From Catajapyx aquilonaris (Eukaryota): a stretch of 63,674 bases of DNA. The first letter of the stretch is position 1; every line of letters starts with the position of its first letter. The DNA is taken from the NCBI GenBank assembly GCA_000934665.2, contig JYFJ02002064.1, positions 1 to 63,674 on the forward strand. Direction: 5' to 3'. Positions 26,246-37,871 of the stretch are shown here, one piece after another. The notes below the pieces were generated by a model, which saw nothing but the letters and a program-made list of their open reading frames with translations, had not been told where the DNA came from and did not search any database. The translations under genes and the position numbers were made by a program.

Positions 26246-26487
26246 TTGTTGTTGTTGCTGCTGGTGCAGTGTAAAAGAACGTAAAAATTATGCTGACGCT
26301 CTTTTTTTTGCTGTAGTGTAAAACTGTAAATTGTAAAGGCTGTAAAGTGTAAACAGTGTAAAGGAATCAAGACATGTAGGGAGTTACCGATCAGGCGATA
26401 ATTGATGTGGTAGGGGCTGGGTAGGGGGGTAACAATAACAACTAACAATGCCTGTGGGCTCGCAGTTTCCTTATCAGCAGCAAGACC

Positions 26488-29400
26488 AAGTATGAACCGG
26501 TTAGAACTGAAGTACTTGACAGTGGAGATCCAAAATTCTGGAAAAGGGTCCTTCTTTCCCAACCCCCTTTTTGAAAGAAACTACAGAATAGGTCAAATGA
26601 GAAACATTTAGCTCTGGCCGGTTCCATTATCATAGAATGACCCCCCCCCCCCCCCCCCCCCNCCAACACCGGTTATTGACAGGACCTTGGCACACTGGCA
26701 CCCTTCCTTAATCCCACGAACTATTTCATATACTATTATCTCTTCTTTTTTGACTGCATATTTGAATTCTCCAGTGGTCATTAACCTATATTTGCATAAA
26801 ATATTTTCCCAGAGCGTTTATAATTATGCACAAAGTTACATTAAAATAAAAGAGTGGAGGTCTTTATCATTACTATTTAAAGACGTAGTGAGCCCAATTT
26901 GGTATGCATATATAGGTTATCGACAACGACGAATTCAATTTTGCTATCAAAAGTGGGCAAAAAATTATATTTGAAATAGTTGATAGGATTAAGAAAATGG
27001 GCAAGTAGAGCCAAGTGAGTCGAGCTAGGCTTACAGTGATAAGGAAGTACCCCAAGGGAAACGTGACGAGTGCTGTGCGGTCAATTTGTCCTCTAACCAT
27101 TAGGCCCACGGAGCCTGGAGTCTGCTTGGAAGATTCAAGGCTCCGTGGCCCGGAGGCTATGAAAGAATTTGGAAAGAGATGGGTCGAGCAGATAACTAGG
27201 GGCCCCACTGGTTAAGTCCATTCCACCTCAACTCAGTAAACGTGGTGGCTCAACCAACTCGAATTTTCTTGAAAATTTTCATGGGGGAGACATTTCAAAA
27301 TCCGAAGGTTGAACTCCGTAGGACAATATGGAGCCGAGATATGGCCGATTCAAAAATGGCGATTTTTGAGTTGCTGAGTACTGATATTCATTTTTTACCT
27401 CCATAAGTAACACTCATCACATTATATATATCCGGATCACCTTCCGACAAATCTTTGAGGACCATGACCAAAATTTAATGACATGTAGGCTATACTACCC
27501 ATCGACCTGTGCAGGAATCCAAATTATTATACCTCTGCTTTGCGTGGTTGCGTAACCACAGGGTGTCAATTATGCCCATTTTCGAGCATTTTTGCTACGT
27601 TCGCGGTCACTTTGACGGCCATATCTCCCAGAAGGTCAGGTCAAATATAACATTTGATATGTGCATTCGAAGGAGAATGTTACGCTCTATGAGATGGTTG
27701 TGTTCATTTTTAAGAAATCCAAAAATGTAAAGTCAAAGATGGCGACAAAAACTTTGATTTTGACATTGCTTATTAATGGCCCCCTACCACTTCTTTTGAA
27801 TGGCACTTCAAATGACAAGGGCAATGTTTACTTCACATTTCCGAAAAATCTGGAGAACCCTTTTTCGATATTTGCCGACAATAATAACTTTTTTGGTTTC
27901 AAACGCGTCCCGTCAGTGTGGTCACCTCATTTGGTGGACCATAACTCGGAGAAGCTCATGTCAAATCTTATATTTGATATGCGTATGCGAAAGGTATTTT
28001 TATGCTCCAGGAGATGGTCTTACCCAAAATTGAACAATCCAAAAATTTAAAGTCAAAGATGGCGCCCAAAACTTTGATTTTGATATTGCTTATTGTCGTT
28101 ATTGATGGTCCCTTACGATATCTTTTGGATGGCACTTAAAATGATCAGGGTAATGTTTAATTGACATTTCCGCAAAATCTGCAGAACCCTTTTTTGATAT
28201 TTGCCAAATATAAAAATATTTTAGTTGCAAGACGTGCAGCGCTCAATATTAGTAATGAAATTACTCCAAATATGTTGGGTTAAATATTCATGCTACAGAT
28301 CGCGAGAATTCCAGATTCTCGCGCTCTACATAGGTAATAATAAATAGCAATTTTAGTGACATACTAAAAAGATAATTCGCATCAAGTTAACAGAAGCGCC
28401 CATTTTTAAGCCCCTGTTTAACTTTATGCGGATTATCTTTTTATTAGGCAATAGCGAAATCGGTATTTGCATTATATTCTATGTAGTGTTAGAATCAGGC
28501 ATTCTATTGATGTGCAACATGAATATTTAACGCAGGATATTTGGAGTAATTTTATTGCTAATTGATGTGACTACTCTTAAGCTACACGTCTTGCAACTAA
28601 AATATTTTTATATTTGGCAAATATCAAAAAAGGGTTCTCCAGATTTTGCGGAAATGTCAATTAAACGTTACCCTGATCATTTTAAGTGCCATCCAAAAGA
28701 TATCGTAAGGGGTCATCAATAAGCAATATCAAAGTTTTGGGCGCCATCTTTGACTTTACATTTTAGGATTTCTTAAAAATGAACACGACCATCTCCTAGA
28801 GCGTAGCATTCCCCTTCGAATGCACATATCAAATGTTATTATATTTGACCTGACCTTCTAGGAGATATGGCCGTCAAAGTGACCGCGAACGTAGCAAAAA
28901 TGCTCGAAAATGGGCATAATTGACACCCTGTGGTTACGCAACCACGCAACGCAGAGGTATAATAATTTGGATGCTGCACATAATTATTTAAACAAGCTTT
29001 CCCATGACACTTCGCATTAATTGATTGGACCATTCATTCATGAGACTCGCGCTTCCAAACAGAAGTTAAATAAATGGGTAGAGTAACGTCATAATTAATT
29101 TCAGGCACCAGAAACCACTTTAATTTATAGATGAATTTTTTTACTTTTTGTATCAGGACGTTCCTGACAAAAATATCTAGTTTACATACTGTATTACAAG
29201 CACTTGATTATTTGAATTAGTTAAAAAGATAGAGCGGTTTTTGTGCCTTCGTCGATGTTGCTTATGGCCAGCTGGGCGGGAAGTAAGGGTGGGAGGGACT
29301 AGAAACCTGGGCACGGTAATTTTTATTAAATAAATTAAATAAATAAATAAATTTAATTGAATGAGTAACGTCAGTTTTTGCAGATGACATAAAACTGACC

Positions 29401-29520
29401 ATCGCAGGTTCGATATAAACAGCAGTGAGACTGATGGTTGGGAAAGAAGTAGGGCCTACCCTTTTCCAAAAATTTTGGATCACGACTGTCACGTACTTCA
29501 GTTCTAACCGGTTCATACTT
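26488..29520. mobile_element. ~3-kb non-autonomous TIR element (unclassified) containing a foldback insertion
   Basis: AAGTATGAACCGGTTAGAACTGAAGTAC.TGACAGT..GATCCAAAATT.TGGAAAAGGGT at 26488-26549 is the reverse complement of 29459-29520. Confidence 0.65.
27508..28980. mobile_element. 1.47-kb foldback element with very long TIRs
   Basis: TGTGCAG.ATCCAAATTATTATACCTCTGC..GCGTGGTTGCGTAACCACAGGGTGTC is mirrored at 28920-28980. Pairing extends through most of the element, and the left arm has an internal duplication. Confidence 0.85.
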
Positions 29521-29765
29521 CATTCCCTGCATGAATAAGCTAACTGGGGTAGAAAGTATAAATAGCCATGCATTCCGGTGGTGCATGGGACTCTTGTGCT
29601 TGCGGGTGAGCGGTGTGGTGACAAGAACTTGTCAAGAAGTGACGCAGCTATCTGGGTCCTGGCTCCTGGGAGCTTTGACGATCCACTCTCCGAGTCTCCG
29701 GGAAGTCAACTAGTTGCTGTGCACTGTTGTGAAGTGTGTGAAGTGAACTTCCCAAAGCTTGTGTG

Positions 29766-32700
29766 ATGGCAGGACGAAAACCTACGAATCCAGCTAGGGA
29801 GTACTTCCTTTTTGACCCACAACAGAAGAAATCGACGTGTCTCCTAACTTCTTGTGGAACTGTGATCTCGGTAAGTGCGAACTTGTATGAGAAATATTAT
29901 CAAACATTTATGTGAGCTGTGAAAGTGCAGATCGTGTCCTCTTCTAATATCCCCGCCATTGCTAGCATTCATCACGTACGTATGTGGGATAGCGAGCCCG
30001 AACGGGTAGGCAGAAGTATTGCCTGTTCAATTTCTTAATAATCGCTAAATTAACACATCTCCTTTACGGGCAAATTTTCCAGAGAGAAAGAATCAATTTG
30101 CACAAATAACTACTATCCATATCGTATTGGCCCCTCTGTTGGACGTCGCATAACTCATGAACCAGTGATCCAGAAAAAAATCGCGCAAAGTTGAGTTAGA
30201 AACAGTGTTTAATGCTGTGTAACATATGTAAGCGTCGATATCATCCCACGTATAAACGGTTTAAACCGAGACGGAAGAGAAAAAAGTGTCAATTTTTCAC
30301 GGACATTTGGGAAGGCACCGAATCAGGTTTAATTTTTGAAGTTGCCAGTTAGTGTAAAAAATAGGCCTGTCCACTTTAAAAGTATTGCCGTGTATTCCCA
30401 TCAGGAAGCGGGCTGGGTACTTGCCCATTAAACTTAATAAACCAATACTTTTATAATTTTTAGTGTCATAGAGCATGGTTTAATTTTATCACGCACATTT
30501 CTGGCTTCACAACAATGAAACAACCTCTGCCCTTTTTTTCGCTTGATTTCAATCACGTTTAACTTACACAAAATTGTACGCAGTCTCTATTCTCTAATGC
30601 TGAAATCGCCGACTCTATGCTTTCACAAACAGTCGAGATAAATGGGTTGTACGTTTCCCATAAGGGGTCGTCCATATACCACGTGAGAGTTTTGGGGGGA
30701 GGGGGGGGGGGGGTCGGNTGGCACATATGGGAGCTTATACAGATGCACATGGGTTCAAAATAACCTAAAACTCGAAATCAGCGACCCCGAAAACATGGGG
30801 AGACATGTTTTTTACGTGCTTAAACAGTTCAGTTGAGGAGCTATCAATTTCGATCGCGTTTTTTCTGATAACATTGACATGTAAAAAAAAACCACGTGAA
30901 AAGGGGGGGAGGGGGGGGTTCCAATGGATACCACGGTCGGTCACTGGGGGGGAGGGGTGGGGTAAAAAAGTGCCCGAAAATTGGTCACGTGGTATATGGA
31001 CGACCCCTAATTACTATCAAGTAATCATACTTAACGAAAATTTTAATTTACCAACCGACGGGGAACTGTTCCGTCTATAGATGGTGGACAGGGCGATTTT
31101 TTACACTAACTGTGTCAGAGTTACGGCGACCCGGCCATGTATCTCATCATCCACAATTATACAAAGGCTAATCAACATCATAATTTTACATTTACTGTCA
31201 TCACAAAAGGAACTCCAATTCACATGGCAACTGGCAACGTGGCTCGTTGGCAACAAACTGGCAACTTCACAAAAAAAATCTTGATTCGGTGCCTTCCCAA
31301 ATGTCCGTGAAAAATTGACACTTTTTTCTCTTCCGTCTCGGATAAAAAACAGTTTATACGTGTGATGATATCAACGCTTACATATTATGTTACACAGAAT
31401 TAAACGAAGCTAAGTATCTTTGGCTGGGGGGGGGAGGCCGAATTTGCCGGCTAACCCATTCTAAGTTTATAACAACAACTTCGGCGCGCGCAGATATTTA
31501 TTTATTTATTGGGGGGGGGGGGGGTTAGGAAGATTGAGTGAAAGCTTTTCACTGAAAAGGAACATATATCTCATTATTTCACCATTGTGATTGATCAATA
31601 ATATACTTATATAAATGTTGCCCATTTTATTTTCCAGGGGAACAACTCCACGAACTTGGAGAGGCACGTAGCTCGTTCTCATCCGCAAGAGTACGCTTCC
31701 ATCACGAGGAAGAAGATTGACGCATCAAAAAACCAAACCCAGGCACTCTCCACTCAAAACCCAAAGTGTAGCTACCGAAGAATTCTAATTTCGGAGGCAA
31801 TCGTCTTGGATGCTTGTGTAGAACTTGTGACCTGCAACGGGCGGCCTTTCACGCTCATGGAGGACAGCGGGTTCCAGAAGCTTCTGCGGCCGATCGTCGA
31901 ATGTCTCGGAGGTGGCTTCGCCATCAATGCCCAAAATATCAGAAGCTCCGTCAAGGAAAAGGCCGCCATGATAAGGGAAGAAATAGAGAAAGAAGTTGCA
32001 GGACGGATTATCTGTGTCAAAGTTGACACTGCCACTAGGATGGGCCGGTCGTTCCTGGGTGTGAACATACAGTTCATAAAAGAGGGGCGGGTCATGCTGC
32101 GCACCCTTGCAGTGAAAGAGGTGTTTGATCGCCACACGTCAGAAAACCTCAAAGAAGAGATCATGAGCATTCTTTCCGGCTATGGCATCGGCCTGAAATA
32201 TATATACTGTATCACGACTGACAATGCTGCGAACATGTTAAAGGCTGCGGAGCTGATGGCAGTGACTCTGCCGGATTCTGAGCTGGACGACCTAACTGAA
32301 GACGAAACCATCCCGGATGAGTGCAGTGACGATGAAAATGACCTCACTGACAGCCCGCCTATCAGTGAGGATGGATACACTTCATCAACTGAGGAAGACA
32401 ATTTTCCAGCCACAACGCTCGACTTCAGCTACGAAGGCGACAGCAACTTCTCGCTGCAATCCATTCGCTGTGCTGCCCATACGTTGCAGCTCGCAGTACA
32501 GGATGGACTGAAGTCAAAAGAAACCAAGGTGCTCCTTAATAAAGCCAGGAATTACTGTAAGGCCCTTCGAGTGCCGACCATGGCTGCAACTCTAAAAAGA
32601 TTAAAGGTGTCCAAGCCACCTCTCGACTGTCCCACCAGGTGGCATTCAACTCACGACATGCTGGCTGCCATTGTTGCACAGCAAGCCTTATGCGAAGAAT

Positions 32701-33624
32701 TGATGTCACCATCTCGAAATAAGAAGACCAGCAACATGATATCCCCCTCTGAGTGGGCGGAACTCGCAGATTTGGTGAGAGTACTGCAGCCCGCTAAAAT
32801 TGCCACAAAAAGACTACAAGAGGAGCAGCTGCTCATGGGCGACTTTTACCGCATATGGCTGCAATGCAAATACGACACAATGAAACAGGTGAGAAAAAAT
32901 TACTGTAATACTGTTATTCTACTACCTTCTCTCAGTAACTGTTTATCTATATTATTAATATCACAGTAACAACATACTAGGTACTGGCTGAATATGATTT
33001 CTTGCCCACTGACGATAAANTTCCCAATGACCTTTCCCCCCCCCCCCCCCCTAGGCCCACTCCCGAGTCGCTGACCTCATCGTCAAGTCCATGACTCGGC
33101 GAGAGGAGCAACTCCTAACATCAAAGGCGCTTGCAGCTGCTTTGCTTTGCGATCCACGATACAACCTCGTCATGAGTGTGGAGGATGTGGCCAAGGCTAA
33201 AGGTCATTTGAAGAGCCTGTGGAGAAGAATTTCTCCCCAAAGCACGCCGGAGGTGCCTGTGGAGAGCTTGTCATTGGACACAGACACACCAATGGCGGAC
33301 GATATCGAGCGATATCTGCGGAGCCTGGAGACGGACATGGCAAATGTTCAGAAGGAACAAGCGGATGACATTGGGACCGTTTTGGACGGCTTGCGGAGTG
33401 TCCGCATACCCAAAGAAGCGGACATTCTACAATACTGGGAGATGAAGAAGATATCTGATCCGGAACTATACAAGTTGGCAACCATAGCCCTATCCGTTCC
33501 AGCGACCCAAGTCAGTGTGGAGAGACTATTCTCTGGTCTGAGATTTATTCTGTCCTACCTGCGCTATAATTTAAGCCCAGATTTGTTGGATGATATAATC
33601 ACTATCAGGGCTAACAGGAAGTGA
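29766..33624 (+). CDS. hAT-family transposase (ZBED-like), 3 exons, 641 aa, intact
   Basis: Exons 29766-29870, 31638-32888 and 33055-33624, all GT-AG and phase 0. The BED finger is split over exons 1-2 (CLLTSC...NLERHVARSH). Catalytic D (KVDTATR), D (TTDNAANM), CxxH (RCAAH), TRW and E (SVERLFS) are present, plus the C-terminal dimerisation region. TATAAA lies at 29557. Confidence 0.93.
30207..31405. mobile_element. TIR element (~140-bp arms) in transposase intron 1
   Basis: 30207-30350 is the reverse complement of 31256-31405 (CCGAGACGGAAGAGAAAAAAGTGTCAATTTTTCACGGACATTTGGGAAGGCACCGAATCA). Confidence 0.8.
30664..31007. mobile_element. PIF/Harbinger MITE nested in the previous element
   Basis: TAA|GGGGTCGTCCATATACCACGTGA...TCACGTGGTATATGGACGACCCC|TAA. 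Confidence 0.9.
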
Positions 33625-33736
33625 GATGGCTATGGTAGGGCTATGGTAGCAAAGGATCACTCAAAAAGTGTATAGTTGTACTAGCCAGAAATATAGCACT
33701 CAGAACCAGAAAGTTTCGCTGTATAGGACACTCCTA

Positions 33737-33956
33737 GGGCCGAATTCAGAGAGGTTGCTTAACGTAAACGCGCCCGATTAAATCCTTTGGTCATCCTCGA
33801 TTAGCAAATTTAAAAGTGCTAGCAAGTGCGATTAGGGGGCGTTTAGCGCTAATCGCCGTCTTTGTATTAGCAGGTTGGTTAAATTTGCTAATCGAGGATG
33901 ACTAAAGGATTTAATCGGGCGCGTTTCCGTTAAGCAACCTCTCTGAATTCGGCCCC
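33737..33956. mobile_element. Palindromic Harbinger-like MITE in the transposase 3' region
   Basis: GGGCCGAATTCAGAGAGGTTGCTTAACG...CGTTAAGCAACCTCTCTGAATTCGGCCC; ~75-bp arms. Confidence 0.8.
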
Positions 33957-35129
33957 TTGAAGTTTAGCCGTGATGGCTATATTTTACAGGTGGGAAAATA
34001 TAGGACCGGCACATAGGATTTCTGGTTGTGGGAGACATATTTTTCTAGGCATGTGTTCTAGAAGCCGTATGTCAGTCACAGCTAAACTGGTTTGTTGTCA
34101 TTCCTAACTCATGTAACTCTGTGTTTGATACTTTTTCTAGCAACATCACCTATATATGGGTTCACTCCAGCTTGCCGCGATTAGGTATCACAAATAAACT
34201 TGACTAGTTCGTGAAAGTAATAAAAAACACATTGTATTCAAAATATAACTGTAAATTCCGAGCTCAATTAAATTACAATTATTTTACAAAGCATTACATA
34301 AAGTAACATAATATTTCCTAATAATTCAAGTCCCAATCCTTCAGGAGGTCAGACACTTCAACCTGCATTTCGTCCATACTTCAGTCTAACACCAGCGTAC
34401 CGCACATGCTTCACTTTTCTGATACAGTCGGACACAGTGTATATGATTAGTAGGGAGTGCACTTGTCACAGGGGAAGGGGGTTTATACACACACACANNN
34501 NNNNNNGAGAGAGAGAGAGAGATAACGACTGCTGTAGTATGGCAGGGTATGGGCGAGGCAGGACGTGGAAGGATAGGAAGAGTGAAGAGATAGCTCTTGT
34601 GTATGGGAGAAGGGTCAATATCAGACTGCCCCACCAGAGAGGGTCAAAATGGATCGGAACCTGTACGTGCAAGGTTAGGCGAAAGGGATTCTAGGAAGGG
34701 ACCACACAGGCAGTTTGGAGGCATGGGGTATAGGAAGGAACATAACAATGGACAGTTATACTGTCAGGGAAAGAAGTGCGGAAGGCTGGGACGCCGAGAA
34801 ACAAAGATGATGGGCGCAGGTGTGACGTGACAGGCACGGGTATAGCACGGGCGCGGGTGACGGACGAAGCACTCAGTGTCAGACTGCCTGCAGCAAACAC
34901 CCCACGGCACAATAAAAAAGAAGCGAACGTTTAAACGCACCAGCCAGAAGTATGAATGTGATCGATACCTAAACGGTCATAGGTGGGCCTCATGTCCCGA
35001 CTTCCAACTTATTTTGTGTAAATGAATTTAGTTATAGAATAATTTATCTGCTATTATACAACCAAACCTCTTTTTTGAGTGGTATAATAAATAAATGAAA
35101 AATAAATAAAATGTTTGATTATTTTCTTT

Positions 35130-35580
35130 GCAGGAAAACTTAAACAGACTTAGGAGTTAGGACATCAAATAAATACAAATATTACCAAAACATACCATTT
35201 GATCCGCTGCCAGCACCATACCTAAACAAAGATCACTCTGTAACCATAAAAATACAAATATGCGCGATAAGAAACAAAAATAATTTGATCCCCCTAACAG
35301 ATGGTTCAGCACTTGCAAATTGCAATAGATACAAATGGAAAAATGCCCTATTTGCAATAATTTAGAAAATAACTCGTGGTTCCATATCATCTCAGAATGT
35401 AACTGCACCCAATCTCTGATAAGACATTTAAGCTGGAACTCCCCACCCAAAAACCAATTTCTACATATATTGCAACTGCCCCAACATATGAAATAGGAAA
35501 CTTAAATAAAATACTTATTAAATACAATAAATATACGAACTTGTTGGATTAATCGAGGAGTGTATAATGTAGTATGTAAT
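35130..35580 (+). mobile_element. Decayed LINE 3' remnant (ORF2 C-terminal CCHC knuckle)
   Basis: From 35335 it translates MEKCPICNNLENNSWFHIISECNCTQSLIR (Cx2C..Hx4C), typical of non-LTR ORF2 ends. The strand is A-rich and stops occur nearby. Confidence 0.55.
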
Positions 35581-35799
35581 ATTATAATGATCACAAAAAA
35601 CAGTTAATAATCCTTACCAATACAAAAACATTCCATGCACATGGGACACTTTATGCTGAACTAAAAAAATCGCATTTTGCCGACATAAAGACAGTGCAAC
35701 CCAGAGTTATCCTGAACAAGACATTGGCAAAAAATAATGCGGTGAGTTGCTTTAGGAAATGCCAGAGTCATGAAGGTCACTTAGCATTTCCCTGCACCC

Positions 35800-35805
35800 A
35801 TATGA

Positions 35806-35865
<60 letters not shown>
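35800..35865 (+). repeat. (TTA)n tract flanked by a 14-bp target-site duplication
   Basis: ATTTCCCTGCACCC occurs at 35786-35799 and 35866-35879. Confidence 0.85.
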
Positions 35866-35868
<3 letters not shown>

Positions 35869-37871
35869 TCCCTGCACCCTCGATATGGAGGTATGATTAT
35901 TAACATTTTCAGCATAATTACTTCTCACATATTGCCCCAGATGTGAAAATGCTACACATATGCAAGTAAATATAGCCTACATTTATACAGTATATGTTTG
36001 TGCCCAGCTGTGTGCTTGCTAATAGTAGTTCCCTGAGGCTAGACCTTCCCCTCCATGAGCGAAAGGGTCATGAGAGAATTATTTCGATTATCTTGAGATT
36101 TATTGGAAATCAAATTAATAACTACGGAAAAATGTTGCATGGAGTCTATAACGACTGTAACACATCGGTTCCTTCATGTCTGCAGCTACTTGATTCATTC
36201 ATTTGTGCTTTCAAAACAAACCTTTTCGTCTCCCTGTGACTAATCCGTAACAATTGCCCTGTGACCCTTCCCTCCCCACCAGGTCGTCTGCCCACCCAAC
36301 CTTCCCCCAAGGCATCCCTCGGAAGGAGACGGTCTCAGTAATAAAACAATCAGTGTATAACCTTTTTACAATCCCCTTTTCAAACCACCCCGACCCCATC
36401 AGTCACCTCCCCTAACCTTCCAGTTCCAACCTTGCGGGTCAAAGCGACACTAGCGCCCAACTAGCGGATTTTCCGCGAACTATTTTTGGCTGAACCGGGG
36501 CCTTACAGTCCGTTACAGAATCCATTCGAAAAAGCCTAATGCTGTCATGGACTCATGCCATTGTCTTTTGTATTTACGGGGGGACAACGTCTGGGCTACA
36601 AAGATTTTTTTCGTGTGGACTGATATTACATACAGTCAATTTCAGTCCTCATTTCCATCCTTTCCCATTTCCCGTCCTATCCGTCACTTCTCTCCTCAAT
36701 TCAATCCTCTGTTAACTCCTCCATTTCCGTCCCCTCCCGAATTTCCGTCCCGATTCCCGTCCTTCATTTACGTCCCCTCCCGAATTTCCGTCCCGATTCC
36801 CGTCCTTCATTTACGTCCTCTCCCGAATTTCCGTCCCGATTTCCGTCCCGATTTTTCGTCCTTGCCGCGGTAGAATACCGAAGAGGACGGAAAAGGAGAG
36901 CGTCCTTTCCCCATCCGTCCGATTTCCGTCCCAATCCCTGGTGACAAATATTAAATGGCCATTATTTATATTCTGTCATTTTGTAGGCAGATATTCTGCC
37001 TTGCAAACGCATTATTGGGATCGGTGATCTACGTAGCACCGGGACAATTGCAAGAGAGGTTTTAGCGACATGGAAACCGAATTGTGGCTAGTAGGCGAGT
37101 TGCATTCCACAACATGACAAAGCGATTTGATCTACGCGAAGTCTGGTAGGTCTGAAGCCTGCCCTTTTCAATGGGGACATTACTGTCCCACAGCAGCTTG
37201 ACCCATAGCCACGTCGGATCATTCTCTTTTCCAATTAAGCGGACATTATTATATCCTTGCTCTTCATGGCCACCCACACCGGAGTCATGTCCGTCGGGAA
37301 GCCCAACTCCCAGGATGGAATCAGGGGCAGCCTGTTATTGATGAGGAGGTAACCCACTCGAGTCGCCTGGGGCGGAATAGCTCCAATACCTACGATAACT
37401 GGCCACTGATACGCTCGTGACTTTTTTTAACCCCCATTAGAGGGAACGAGTCCTTTTAGGGGGGTGGATTACCACCATTTGAGTCAATTTTCTTGCGTTT
37501 CTTCTGACTCCGTACAAGGACTTTAAGGATGTAGGGTAAGGATGGGGATTTTGAGGAGGGGACACTGATGGTGCAGGTGCAATGTCTGAAAAGGGTCATG
37601 TAGTGCAGTCCCACAGGAGGCTAGGTTGCCAAGACGCCTCCGACATGTATAGCCGTATATTATAGAGTCCCATACTATTGCAGGGCTAAATCTGGGTATG
37701 ATTTTTAACGACACTGCAGGCCATACAGTTTATCGGACTGGTCTTCTCCGTCAAAATAAGAGTGCTACGGAACTGACCATCAACACCTGTAAAAGTCCTT
37801 CAGATTTTAGTGATGATGAACAATGTCATGATTCTAATACCTTTCCTGATCGCAATGCGTGATCATAGTGG

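Larger units (their letters stand above)
24883..36940 (+). mobile_element. Putative full extent of a hAT DNA transposon, enlarged by nested insertions
   Basis: Left end CAGGGAGTCAAGACGGAAAT vs right end (rc) CAGGGATTGGGACGGAAAT. Inward-facing GGGACGGAAAT subterminal arrays lie at 24945-25330 and 36720-36935, with the transposase gene between them. No 8-bp TSD match, so the left boundary is uncertain. Confidence 0.55.

Noticed and set aside
26011..26562. 183-aa ORF with poly-Asp (and a poly-His ORF on the + strand)
   Set aside because: Produced by the (ATC)n microsatellite; no domain signal.
37062..37400. Coding-like minus-strand segment (YLLINNRLPLIPSWELGFPTDMTPVW)
   Set aside because: Interrupted by stops, with no splice context or recognisable family; it cannot be supported.
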